Shown: one piece after another, positions 35,893 to 44,774 of the stretch
Layout: each line of letters starts with the position of its first letter
Position numbering within the stretch: position 1 is the first letter of the stretch
Source of the DNA: a virus
Taxonomy: Duplodnaviria > Caudoviricetes
Virus record (IMG/VR): IMGVR_UViG_3300009507_000019
Coordinates: 1-63,937 of that record
DNA length: 63,937 bases
Direction: 5' to 3' (one strand)
Notes under the pieces: generated by a model
The model's input: only the letters and a program-made list of their open reading frames with translations
Database searches by the model: none
What the model was told of the DNA's origin: nothing
Program-made: the position numbers and the translations under genes

Positions 35893-37023
35893 ATGATACT
35901 AACACACACAGACGCGTTATACGCTGCAAATGCATTCGAGGAGTTCTTCGGTAGTATCGAAAGAATCGACGAATACATGCGTATGGTAAAGATGGAGAGG
36001 ATGGCAGAGTTTCCTCCCGCATTGCCTGGCATGGGCCCTGAAGAAGATCTCTTCAACAACTTCGATATCCATCCGTCTGAGATGGAGTTTACTATCATTG
36101 ACACTGCGTCATACAAGTTCATGAACTACATGGAGATCGTCACCTCTGCCCCTGTAGAGAAGTCAATCCCCGGCAAGACCATGAAGTGGATAATCAAAGA
36201 GAAGAACACCGACATGGTTGCGGGTATGATTCGACTCGGTTCTCCTACCATTAATAGTAAACCACGCAACGACTGGTTGGGTAATCCCCTCGACAGTCTA
36301 AACCCTAAGATCATGGAGAGGTTCAACAACTCTGCAATCATGGGGTTCAACATCGTACCTACACAACCATTTGGATTTAACTATCTGGGTGGTAAGTTAC
36401 TGGCTGCAATCTGTTGCAGTCACTTTACACGTGATGCACTCAACAAGAAGTATGATTCTAACTTCTGTATGTTTGAGACCACATCACTATATGGTTCAAC
36501 AAAGTCTGCCTCGCAGTATGATGGTATGAAACCATTTCTGCGATTCAACGGTTTGACAGACTCAAACTTCTTGCCACTAATCAATGACAACACTTTCCGC
36601 AGACTGAGTGATTGGTTCATTGATAAGAACGGTGGTGAACCCTTGGTTCCTGTGGATGCATCCTCTCGCAAACTCAAGACACAGACCAAGATGGCATCGA
36701 TCATCAAAGCCTCTCTCAAAGTTCATGATGATGTTGCCTATAAGAAGTTCTGTCAAACCTACGATAATGCAAAGGATCTGACTGAACGAAAACGTTCTTT
36801 CGTATCCACGTATGGTTATGATAATGTACCTCAGTATCTAAACCTCGAAACAGATACATTGATCAAGAAAGAAAACTACGACAGGTTCTCTCTTGAGAAT
36901 GTTACTACATGGTGGAAGAAGAACGCCACCAAACGTTACGACAAACTAAAATCTGAAGGTCGGTTGAGACGTACCGTAGAAACTTGGAACGTCAACGCAG
37001 ATGATATCGATATAATTAGGTGA
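35893..37023 (+). CDS. DUF4338 (DruA-like) protein, probable Mom-like GNAT fold
   Basis: IPGK..KWII.E, GMIRLGSP, PTQPFGFNYLGGKLLA, FETTSLYG, SQYDG..PFLRFNGLT. Confidence 0.7.
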   Translation: MILTHTDALYAANAFEEFFGSIERIDEYMRMVKMERMAEFPPALPGMGPEEDLFNNFDIHPSEMEFTIIDTASYKFMNYMEIVTSAPVEKSIPGKTMKWIIKEKNTDMVAGMIRLGSPTINSKPRNDWLGNPLDSLNPKIMERFNNSAIMGFNIVPTQPFGFNYLGGKLLAAICCSHFTRDALNKKYDSNFCMFETTSLYGSTKSASQYDGMKPFLRFNGLTDSNFLPLINDNTFRRLSDWFIDKNGGEPLVPVDASSRKLKTQTKMASIIKASLKVHDDVAYKKFCQTYDNAKDLTERKRSFVSTYGYDNVPQYLNLETDTLIKKENYDRFSLENVTTWWKKNATKRYDKLKSEGRLRRTVETWNVNADDIDIIR

Positions 37024-37029
37024 TATATT

Positions 37030-37413
37030 ATGATTACAGATTTCTGTGTTATATGCGGAACAAAAGATAATCTTCATAACCATCATATTGTTTGTAAGAA
37101 AAGTGAACTAAAACCAATATCTGGTGATTACGATCATTATACAAACCTCCTGACTCTTTGTGGAGAACATCATGGATGGATTCATGGTGTTAAACCTAAC
37201 AGGTTTAATAACTGGTCTGAACTAAAAAAACTAGGAATAGAGAGTGCAAAAAGAAGAGGAGTCAAGTTTGGCGCACCAAGAAAAATAGACGATAAAAAGG
37301 TTCATGACTTATGGTTATCGGGAAGGAGTGCTATAGAAATTGCTGAAGAGTTAGGTGTCGCTCGCGCAAGTGTGTATAGGTATTTGTCTTTATTCAAAAA
37401 ACAAGGATTTTAA
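37030..37413 (+). CDS. HNH endonuclease fused to a Hin/resolvase-type arm and HTH
   Basis: CVICG..NLHNHH...NLLTLCGEHHGWIH; AKRRGVKFGAPRK; SAIEIAEELGVARASVYRYL. Confidence 0.8.
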   Translation: MITDFCVICGTKDNLHNHHIVCKKSELKPISGDYDHYTNLLTLCGEHHGWIHGVKPNRFNNWSELKKLGIESAKRRGVKFGAPRKIDDKKVHDLWLSGRSAIEIAEELGVARASVYRYLSLFKKQGF

Positions 37414-37415
37414 AA

Positions 37416-38081
37416 ATGGCACAGTCGGATAGGTTAAGAGAGATACAGAGAAACTCGGGGGGTGGTAAGACCACCTACGCTGAGGGTGAGAAGACCGAGA
37501 CTAAGGTTGCGGATGCAGTCCAACATGTTATGAAAACATTGAAGAAGAAGTATCCGGATCTAGAGTTTGATCACATGAAGAGACATCCCAAGCGTATGTT
37601 CTCCGAATCTATTGGTGCGACAGACTGGATGCCTTCCAATGAAAAATCTTTTGTGAATCCAGACGGTGGTACCATATGGGTCAAAAAGGTCTACAATGAT
37701 GGAGCTACATGGTACCCTATCCTCACCTCAGAAGCAAAGAAACAAGGTACTAATGACAGACTGATTAAAGAGGGTATGAAGAGACAGGCACAGGGCAATG
37801 CGATTGAACGTGCGTACAAGAACATCGAAGAGTTTAGATGTCTGTATGAGAGATACAATTGGTTCCCATACTTCATTTTTTGTGAGGGGTGTGACTTTGA
37901 CAAAGGATCTTCTATCCTTGACCGTATGGATGCAATGACACGTTACCGACCTAGGAATACTACCTATCTCTTCGAACGACACCAACTGGTGTCCCTGTAC
38001 ATCCGCCCAGAAGGATTCAGGCCCGAGTTTATATATAACACCATGCTGGATGCAGCCGAAAAAATACTAACCCAAATATAA
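37416..38081 (+). CDS. EcoRI-family type II restriction endonuclease
   Basis: QSDRL, NPDGG, EAKKQG, GNAIERAYKN and FPYFIFCEG match EcoRI QSNRL, PDGG, EAKHQG, GNAIERSHKN and FPYVLFLEG. Confidence 0.88.
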   Translation: MAQSDRLREIQRNSGGGKTTYAEGEKTETKVADAVQHVMKTLKKKYPDLEFDHMKRHPKRMFSESIGATDWMPSNEKSFVNPDGGTIWVKKVYNDGATWYPILTSEAKKQGTNDRLIKEGMKRQAQGNAIERAYKNIEEFRCLYERYNWFPYFIFCEGCDFDKGSSILDRMDAMTRYRPRNTTYLFERHQLVSLYIRPEGFRPEFIYNTMLDAAEKILTQI

Positions 38082-38090
38082 GGAAAACCA

Positions 38091-38750
38091 TTGAAAGTAA
38101 AATTGGTAAGTCACTCACAAGCACCAGACTTTAACGAGTCTGCATTAGATCTAGTGGCATATTGTGCACGTGTATCTAACCCGTCTAATCAGAACAACAA
38201 AGAGACGAACGAGAAACTGGTAAAGTATCTCATGAAACATAAACACTGGTCTCCTCTAGAGATGGTTAGTGTCTGTCTGGAAGTAGAAACGACACGAGAT
38301 ATCGCACGTCAGTTGTTGCGCCATCGTAGTTTTAGTTTCCAAGAGTTCAGTCAACGTTATGCGGATCCGTTAAAAGACTTAGAGATGGTACCTCGCGAAG
38401 CACGATTTCAAGATCCAAAGAACCGACAGAATAGTATACCTATTGATCAAGATGACGAATCTCAAAGAAGGATCAATGAAGATTTTCGGATGAAACAGAT
38501 GAAACTTATTCATGAGTCCAAACAGGTTTACAACTGGGCAATCGATAATGGTATTGCAAAGGAACAGGCACGTGCTGTTCTACCAGAGGGTAATACTGTG
38601 TCTAGGTTATATGTGAATGGAACGTTACGGTCGTGGATACACTACATTGAGTTACGTAGTGCGAACGGCACACAGTTAGAACACATAGACCTCGCAATCG
38701 AAGTTGGACGTGTGATCGCTAAAATCTTCCCTTTAACCCCACAGGATTGA
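38091..38750 (+). CDS. thyX: Flavin-dependent thymidylate synthase ThyX
   Basis: HWSPLE, RQLLRHRSFSFQEFSQRY, EQARAVLP, TQLEH; TTG start with SD AAGGA. Confidence 0.96.
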   Translation: MKVKLVSHSQAPDFNESALDLVAYCARVSNPSNQNNKETNEKLVKYLMKHKHWSPLEMVSVCLEVETTRDIARQLLRHRSFSFQEFSQRYADPLKDLEMVPREARFQDPKNRQNSIPIDQDDESQRRINEDFRMKQMKLIHESKQVYNWAIDNGIAKEQARAVLPEGNTVSRLYVNGTLRSWIHYIELRSANGTQLEHIDLAIEVGRVIAKIFPLTPQD

Positions 38751-38754
38751 TAAG

Positions 38755-38829
38755 ATGGATCTCCTTGCGGTGGTACTTATTCTTGTTTGTATGATGATCT
38801 TATACGAGATTCATGACAGAAACGAATAG
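38755..38829 (+). CDS. Putative 24-aa membrane peptide MDLLAVVLILVCMMILYEIHDRNE
   Basis: Below the ORF-track cutoff; SD AGGA, directly after thyX. Confidence 0.4.
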   Translation: MDLLAVVLILVCMMILYEIHDRNE

Positions 38830-38851
38830 TGCCATCCTTGGCGATCTTACT

Positions 38852-39058
38852 CTAGTCCTCTTCTGGTGAAGTTGCATCTGTGCCAGTCTTGTCTGCAACA
38901 TCTTTAATAAGATTTGATGTTACATCCAATACACCAGCAGTTACACCAAAGACATCGGAACCGACACCTTTAATAACTCCACCAGTACCATCGATAGTTG
39001 CATCGACAGTTGAACAAGCAGACAGAACAAATGCGAATGCAATTGCAATAAAACGCAT
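38852..39058 (-). CDS. Small lipoprotein (entericidin-like)
   Basis: Lipobox LSAC, then STVDATIDGTGGVIKGVGSDV; SD AGGAGAG. Confidence 0.75.
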   Translation of the reverse strand: MRFIAIAFAFVLSACSTVDATIDGTGGVIKGVGSDVFGVTAGVLDVTSNLIKDVADKTGTDATSPEED

Positions 39059-39160
39059 GGTACTCTCCTGTTTCTAGATTACTGGATAACCAGACACAAC
39101 GGTAATAGATACCGTCTTTTACTACGTTGTTCAGTTCGTGAACACAATTATTTATCTATT

Positions 39161-39328
39161 CTACCAACCTGATTTAATTCTCGTATCAAAGTGATATTGT
39201 TTGCATTCCCGTACGGTCTTTGCAACACCTTCTTCTACTTCTTTCTTACACATCTTATTCAACTCAATAGTGTTATTAGTCGCACTAAGTGTACCAAAGA
39301 CGACAATCGCCCAAAAAACTATAGTCAT
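39161..39328 (-). CDS. 55-aa hypothetical secreted/membrane protein
   Basis: MTIVFWAIVVFGTLSATNN...KSGW; SD AGGAG. Below the track cutoff except as an extended alternative frame. Confidence 0.55.
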   Translation of the reverse strand: MTIVFWAIVVFGTLSATNNTIELNKMCKKEVEEGVAKTVRECKQYHFDTRIKSGW

Positions 39329-39352
39329 GTTCTACTCCTGATTTACACAAAT

Positions 39353-39378
39353 AAAAAAAGGGACTCCGAAGAGTCCCC
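39353..39378 (-). terminator. Rho-independent terminator after gp23
   Basis: GGGACTC-TTCG-GAGTCCC followed by T7. Confidence 0.92.
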
Positions 39379-39420
39379 TTAAAATCGCCCAGTAAACTGG
39401 ATCTAATTTTTATACCTTTC

Positions 39421-40782
39421 TTATGTGAGGATGTTGTCCACACGGAAGATTCGGTAGTACTGGTTAGTACGTACAGCAGCCAGACCGTCAGATCCGTCAA
39501 CGTATGGGTTTGAAGCCATTCCGTAACGAGTCTTGAATCCGATGCGTGGCTGGAAGTCGTCCTCACCAACCGCACGAACCATCTGAAGAGGTACGTATGG
39601 GCAGTAGAACACACCAGCGTCATATGGGTTAGTACCCTTATAACCTACAGTTACGTAGTCAGCAGTGGCATATGGATCGATGTATACACGAGTACGTCCG
39701 TTCAGTACACCAGCAAAGGTGTTACCAGTGTCATCAACCTGAAGGTTGGTAGACAATGAAGGAGTGTAATCAAGCATACCAGCAGCAACAAGAGCAGTAG
39801 CAACATCTGAAGAACAGATTACTACGTTACCCTTACCACGACGAGTTTCTTTCGCGATCACGTTACACTCACGTTCGATCTGAACAAGCAGACCCTTGAA
39901 CTTCTCTACTGACCAACGACCATCAGCATCACTTGACAAGTCAAAGATACCTTTAGTAGCAACGTTAGCCTGACGAGCACCAATCTTAGCCTGTGAGTTA
40001 ATAGTACGGATAACTTCACGGTTGATTTCAGAAAGGATCTCTGTAGACAGAATGTTCGCCAACTCAGTTTCAGCGTCAAGACCGTGGATTGCCTTCAAGT
40101 CTTGTGCCAATTCTAAGGTGTACTCTGCCTTCAGTGCACGTGACTTAGCAGTTACAGTGGACTTCTCGATTGTGAAACCCATTTCTGCGAATGCTTCGCC
40201 AGTGTTACCTAGAGCTTCTGCTTCAGCAGTGCTGTACAGATCGCCTAGAGCAGGAACGTAAGAACCACCAGAATCAACAAGAGTGTTGTCGCCATCTGTG
40301 TCAGATACGCTTTCAAGACCAGTAGAACCACCGTTTGCAGTAGTTGCTGAGTCTCCAGAGAAACCAACAGCTGCTTCGTTGAACAGTGCTTCGTCTCCAC
40401 TTGATACGCCAGCTTTAGTAGTCTTGTATCGCGACTTCATTGCGAAGATAAGACCAGTAGGGCCAGACATAGGTTGAACACCACAGATGTCGTATGCCAT
40501 CAAGTTAGGCATTGCACGACGTACGAGTGCGATCAATACTGGGTTCCAGTTGGATGCTGCACCAGTACCGCCATCAGCAGTAGATACACCATTACCAGCA
40601 GCGTTGCCAGCAGTTTCGATTAACTGACCGTTCATTGCAGCTTCCTCACGGAAAGCGTGCTCTTGGTTCTCAAGAACGGCAGCAGTTACGGCACGGCGAT
40701 GAGAATCATCGATCTTTCCCGCGCTCTCTTCGTTAAGAATGGGTGACCACTTCTCAACTAATTTATCATAGGATACTTGCAT
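39421..40782 (-). CDS. 23: Major capsid protein (gp23)
   Basis: LVRRAMPNLMAYDICGVQPMSGPTGLIFAM, KSRALKAEYTLELAQDLKAIHGLDAE, FYCPYVPL. Confidence 0.99.
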   Translation of the reverse strand: MQVSYDKLVEKWSPILNEESAGKIDDSHRRAVTAAVLENQEHAFREEAAMNGQLIETAGNAAGNGVSTADGGTGAASNWNPVLIALVRRAMPNLMAYDICGVQPMSGPTGLIFAMKSRYKTTKAGVSSGDEALFNEAAVGFSGDSATTANGGSTGLESVSDTDGDNTLVDSGGSYVPALGDLYSTAEAEALGNTGEAFAEMGFTIEKSTVTAKSRALKAEYTLELAQDLKAIHGLDAETELANILSTEILSEINREVIRTINSQAKIGARQANVATKGIFDLSSDADGRWSVEKFKGLLVQIERECNVIAKETRRGKGNVVICSSDVATALVAAGMLDYTPSLSTNLQVDDTGNTFAGVLNGRTRVYIDPYATADYVTVGYKGTNPYDAGVFYCPYVPLQMVRAVGEDDFQPRIGFKTRYGMASNPYVDGSDGLAAVRTNQYYRIFRVDNILT

Positions 40783-40797
40783 TAGTATACTCCCTTA

Positions 40798-41835
40798 TTA
40801 CTTATTTGTGTTTTTGATTGCGTTCAAGTACTGATTCATCACAGAATTAACTTCCTGTGGTTCAGCAGTCCAGTCTTCGGTTACTTCTTCAGCAGAGTTA
40901 GTCGCGGGTGCGTCCTTCGTAAAGTACGACTCCTTGACAGTCTTGACTTTCTGTTGAAAAGACTCTTCGTCTTCAAAGTCAAGTGCTTCTACCAATGAAG
41001 CGAGTTTTTCTACCTGAGTGTCAGCGAGATCACCTGACGCTTCACGAATGATCGCAGCGCGTTGGAATGATTCGATTTTCTCAGACATACTAAGAACTTC
41101 AGATACACGTGCGTTAAGAGACTCTTCGAGTTCCTCAACTTGATCTGCTAGTTCATCAACTAAGTCGACCTTGGACTCAGGAACTGTAACATAAGACTCT
41201 ACGAACAAGTCTTTCAACTTATTCATGAAACCTTCTGCGACTTCAGTGCGAAGTCCTTGCTCTACAGCAAGTTTGTTCTCATCCATCCAATTTTCAACTA
41301 CGTAGTTCAGGTAAGAATCAATCTTCTCTACGAGGTCAGAACGAGTTACATTCAGTTCCTCTTCAAGACGTGATTGATAATCATCTTCTAAGCGTTCGAT
41401 TTCCTCGGACAACTTAGACTTAATTGCAGTCTCAAAAATTATGGCAGTTTTCGATTTGAACTCATCTGATAAAGTGGCTTCTGATTCTACTAAAGCGTCG
41501 AGTTCGTCAGTATAGTTAAACTCAGGCAGTTCTACTGCATCTGCGTCTACGTCTACTTCCAGACCTTCCATTTTAGTCGCCATAGCTGCAAGGTGCATCT
41601 TAGACATACCTTCCATCTTTTTGTACATGGCGTTGATCATTGCTGCCTTTGTCTTGGGCGCGCCGTTAGGCTCGTCCTTATTTGCGGTATCACCTTTACG
41701 CTTAGGTGCGGGTTTAGTCGCATCCCCAGCTTTATCAGTGGCCGCAATTGACTGCTCTTCATCTCCTACCGGCATTTTCTGAGCACTTGCTTCCTCGATT
41801 TCTGGAAGCTCGATGTTTTGGTCTACATCAGACAT
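40798..41835 (-). CDS. 22: Prohead core scaffold protein (gp22)
   Basis: LSDEFK..IFETA, IDSYLNYVVENWM; acidic coiled coil. Confidence 0.93.
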   Translation of the reverse strand: MSDVDQNIELPEIEEASAQKMPVGDEEQSIAATDKAGDATKPAPKRKGDTANKDEPNGAPKTKAAMINAMYKKMEGMSKMHLAAMATKMEGLEVDVDADAVELPEFNYTDELDALVESEATLSDEFKSKTAIIFETAIKSKLSEEIERLEDDYQSRLEEELNVTRSDLVEKIDSYLNYVVENWMDENKLAVEQGLRTEVAEGFMNKLKDLFVESYVTVPESKVDLVDELADQVEELEESLNARVSEVLSMSEKIESFQRAAIIREASGDLADTQVEKLASLVEALDFEDEESFQQKVKTVKESYFTKDAPATNSAEEVTEDWTAEPQEVNSVMNQYLNAIKNTNK

Positions 41836-41847
41836 AACATTTTACTC

Positions 41848-42507
41848 CTAATAGTTAGATTTTAACAACGAGAGGAAACGCTTGTACTCTCGAACCTGCT
41901 TCTCGTAGAGATGCTTTGTCGGAGTGGTTAGTATTTCAGTCTCCATATTTTCAATGACTTGAGGTTCTATAACACCATTGTTCCATACCCAATCAACACC
42001 TTCCATGATACCATTTACAAAGGCACCAGGCGCTGAAGGATCTTGGACAATATCGACGGTATTAAGAATGAAGTCGTCACGAACATACATCGTGCCGTTC
42101 TTCGACTCAAGACTACCCATGCCACGAGTTGACACACCTAGTTGAACACCACCTTCAAGAAGACCTTTAACAATCTTACCCATTGGAGTATCCAATATTT
42201 GTGCCTTTCCTACCACATCCTTTCCCTCGAACTTGAGGTCTGTGATGAGGTGTGAAACTTTGTCTAAGTTAACGGTTGGCCCTTCAGGGTGGTTTAGTTC
42301 CCCTACCGCACGTTTCTTAGATACTTGTTCATCAACATAACGACCTACTGCCCTTTCCATAATTGCTTTAGGGTAGATACGTCCGTTACGATTCTTTTGG
42401 TCTGCTTGTGCAAACACACCTTCGATGACATAATTCTTGTCACCGTTTTCTTTTTTCTCAACGATACACTGGATATCGTTTTCTTGATATTCTGCGATTA
42501 GTTTCAT
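41848..42507 (-). CDS. 21: Prohead protease (gp21)
   Basis: NRNGRIYP, GELNHP, GVSTRGMGS, DIVQDPSAP. Confidence 0.97.
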   Translation of the reverse strand: MKLIAEYQENDIQCIVEKKENGDKNYVIEGVFAQADQKNRNGRIYPKAIMERAVGRYVDEQVSKKRAVGELNHPEGPTVNLDKVSHLITDLKFEGKDVVGKAQILDTPMGKIVKGLLEGGVQLGVSTRGMGSLESKNGTMYVRDDFILNTVDIVQDPSAPGAFVNGIMEGVDWVWNNGVIEPQVIENMETEILTTPTKHLYEKQVREYKRFLSLLKSNY

Positions 42508-42716
42508 TAGAACTCCTTTGCGAAAGCTAAACCAGCTTTCTCCGCTTCTTTTTGTGTCCGGAAGGTATCTAACTTGTCACCATCTATGTATGTAGTGAAC
42601 TTACCTTTCTCTTTGTGCACCATAACAGTGTGACGGTTTACCTTCTTGTCGAACACATGTTCGCCAGGCGGCATACCTTTAGATCTTTTCTCTCGGATAG
42701 ATTGAAACGTTTTCAT
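42507..42716 (-). CDS. 68: Prohead core protein (gp68-like)
   Basis: Position between gp67 and gp21; own late promoter at 42742-42749. Confidence 0.55.
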   Translation of the reverse strand: MKTFQSIREKRSKGMPPGEHVFDKKVNRHTVMVHKEKGKFTTYIDGDKLDTFRTQKEAEKAGLAFAKEF

Positions 42717-42741
42717 AAGAAACCTTTAGTCTTGTACAGAA

Positions 42742-42749
42742 TATTTATA
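42742..42749 (-). promoter_or_regulatory. Late promoter TATAAATA
   Basis: Exact match. Confidence 0.8.
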
Positions 42750-42760
42750 CATATTCGGAT

Positions 42761-43087
42761 CTAGACTTCGTCCTCATCTGACTCTTCCTCATCCGACTCT
42801 TCTTCATAGTCTTCTTCGGGTTCGGACTCATCTTCTACGTCTTCTACGTCCGGTTCGATGTCCGATTCAACTTCTTCGTCGTCACCGTCGCCATAAAGGT
42901 TAGATGCAATCTTGACCTTTGCTTGATCCATTGCATCTTGAAGTCGATCATTGACCATGTCTTTAAACTGCGACTCTGCGCCGACAAAGTTCTGATCTTC
43001 TACGGACTTTAAAAAGTCTGCAATCGGGTTTGGTGCATCAATAGGATCTGCTTCAACTTCAGCTACAACTACGTCATCATCTGGCAT
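42761..43087 (-). CDS. 67: Prohead core protein (gp67-like)
   Basis: Highly acidic, immediately downstream of the portal gene. Confidence 0.65.
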   Translation of the reverse strand: MPDDDVVVAEVEADPIDAPNPIADFLKSVEDQNFVGAESQFKDMVNDRLQDAMDQAKVKIASNLYGDGDDEEVESDIEPDVEDVEDESEPEEDYEEESDEEESDEDEV

Positions 43088-43089
43088 TA

Positions 43090-44715
43090 TTAAGACTCCT
43101 CATCTTTTTTATCATCTTGATCTACCGGTGCCTTTTTAGGTTCCGGTTTCTTAGGTTCCACAGGTGGTTTACCCACAGGTGGTTTTTCTTCTTTCTTATC
43201 ATCCGGATCGTCAATCTCTCCAGACGAAATCTCGCCGTTGATCTCTTTCTCCATCGTCTCGATGTCTTCATCAGAGAAACGCATGACATTACGCATCATC
43301 CATTCTTTAGATATGTATTCACCCACGAACCCTACCATCTCGTTCATGAGTCCTGCACGTTCTCTGTAGATCTCCATTTCCTTCAGTTCGGTGAAGTGAT
43401 TATCACGAACGAAGTCAATGTATATATTGTCCTTCCACTCTTCCCAATCTTGTTCTGTGATGATAGACTTGAGAACTAGTTGTTTTCTCAGAATACCAAG
43501 GAACAGATTCGCGAACCTTCTGCGTAGTTTGTCAATAAACTTCTGGAACTTCACTTCGTCTCTGGAGATCTCAGTAGACCTACCTAAAGAGAACTGTGAT
43601 TCTTGTTCCAAACGATTCACTGGGACATTCAGAGAACGGTATAGTCTCTTCTGGAAATAAATGATATCATCTATCTGTCCCAGATTATCGCCGCCTGGCA
43701 GTGTTGATATCTCTGTACCACGTCCACCTTCTTTACGTGGTAACCAGAAGTCTTCAAGCATACTCATATGCTTACGGTCATCTTTGAGTTGACCAGTACT
43801 CGCATCATAGACTAACTTGTTACGATACTTCGCCATGATGTCTTTCATGTATTCGTTTGCCTTACCACGTGGCATGTTACCCACATCAATATAGAATATA
43901 CGACGCTCGGGTGCACGTGCAAGACGATAGATCACAAGACTGTCTTCCATCATACGCAACTGGTTGATGGGTTTTAGTGCCTTATGTAGGTGTGACAGGA
44001 TCTTCTTTCTAGACTCATCCAGTACACCAGATGTCACATAACTGACAGCGTCCATAGACAGTTTGACAGATGAGTTGGTCTGGCCGGGTTTCTCATCGTA
44101 GACGTAAAACTCTTCTACCCTATCAACTATCTTAACATTGGTCTTTTGATCTTTCTTATACTTAATTTCTTTTACTTTGCGAACCCGTGCAGCATCGATG
44201 TGACGGATCTCTTGTATACCTGCTTTTAGGTTAGAGTCGTTAACGAGTAGGTGGTGTACACATCGTCCGTCAACGTACCACGATCTGAAAATGTCGTGAC
44301 CTAGATCGTTGAAGTTCAACATACTAATTACTTTGTCAAACTCCAATCGAATGGTGTCTTTGATTTTATCGTTTGCTTCGATATCATCTAGTGAAATCTT
44401 TACTGAGGATTCCAACTCAGAGGCAGTAATTGCTTCATTGACAATCTCTTCGATCGCCATATCAACTTCAGGGTGTTGTGAAACACCACGGTAGCGCATA
44501 ATTAACTGGTGGTTATCTTTTGCTTGATCACCGTCCATGTTAATGTACTGTCCATAGTAACCCGCCGCGGAGGTCACATAACCTGCACCGTCGGGATCCG
44601 TTGGTGTTACTGGGGACTGAAGTTTCTGTTGACCAGAGGGTACCGAGGAACCCTTACCTGCTCTCTTGATTTCAAATCCAAATAACTTTAATACACTGCC
44701 GCTTTCTTCTGCCAT
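43090..44715 (-). CDS. 20: Portal protein (gp20)
   Basis: LFGFEI, WYVDGR, NQLRMMEDSLVIYRLARAPERRIFYIDVGN, EDFWLPRKEGGRGTEI; likely start MAEESG. Confidence 0.98.
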   Translation of the reverse strand: MAEESGSVLKLFGFEIKRAGKGSSVPSGQQKLQSPVTPTDPDGAGYVTSAAGYYGQYINMDGDQAKDNHQLIMRYRGVSQHPEVDMAIEEIVNEAITASELESSVKISLDDIEANDKIKDTIRLEFDKVISMLNFNDLGHDIFRSWYVDGRCVHHLLVNDSNLKAGIQEIRHIDAARVRKVKEIKYKKDQKTNVKIVDRVEEFYVYDEKPGQTNSSVKLSMDAVSYVTSGVLDESRKKILSHLHKALKPINQLRMMEDSLVIYRLARAPERRIFYIDVGNMPRGKANEYMKDIMAKYRNKLVYDASTGQLKDDRKHMSMLEDFWLPRKEGGRGTEISTLPGGDNLGQIDDIIYFQKRLYRSLNVPVNRLEQESQFSLGRSTEISRDEVKFQKFIDKLRRRFANLFLGILRKQLVLKSIITEQDWEEWKDNIYIDFVRDNHFTELKEMEIYRERAGLMNEMVGFVGEYISKEWMMRNVMRFSDEDIETMEKEINGEISSGEIDDPDDKKEEKPPVGKPPVEPKKPEPKKAPVDQDDKKDEES

Positions 44716-44774
44716 ACGTACTCTCTTATAAAATAATAGGGAGCCCTTTGGACTCCCCACTATTTAGTCTTGCA

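Noticed and set aside
35893-37023. Complete Druantia defence system
   Set aside because: Only the DruA-like domain is present; there is no DruE helicase or other dru genes.
44738-44758. Strong terminator between gp19 and gp20
   Set aside because: A GC hairpin is present, but it has a mismatch/bulge and an interrupted U-tract, and lies just downstream of a late-like ACTAAATA. It may be a stabilising leader hairpin, so it is not called.
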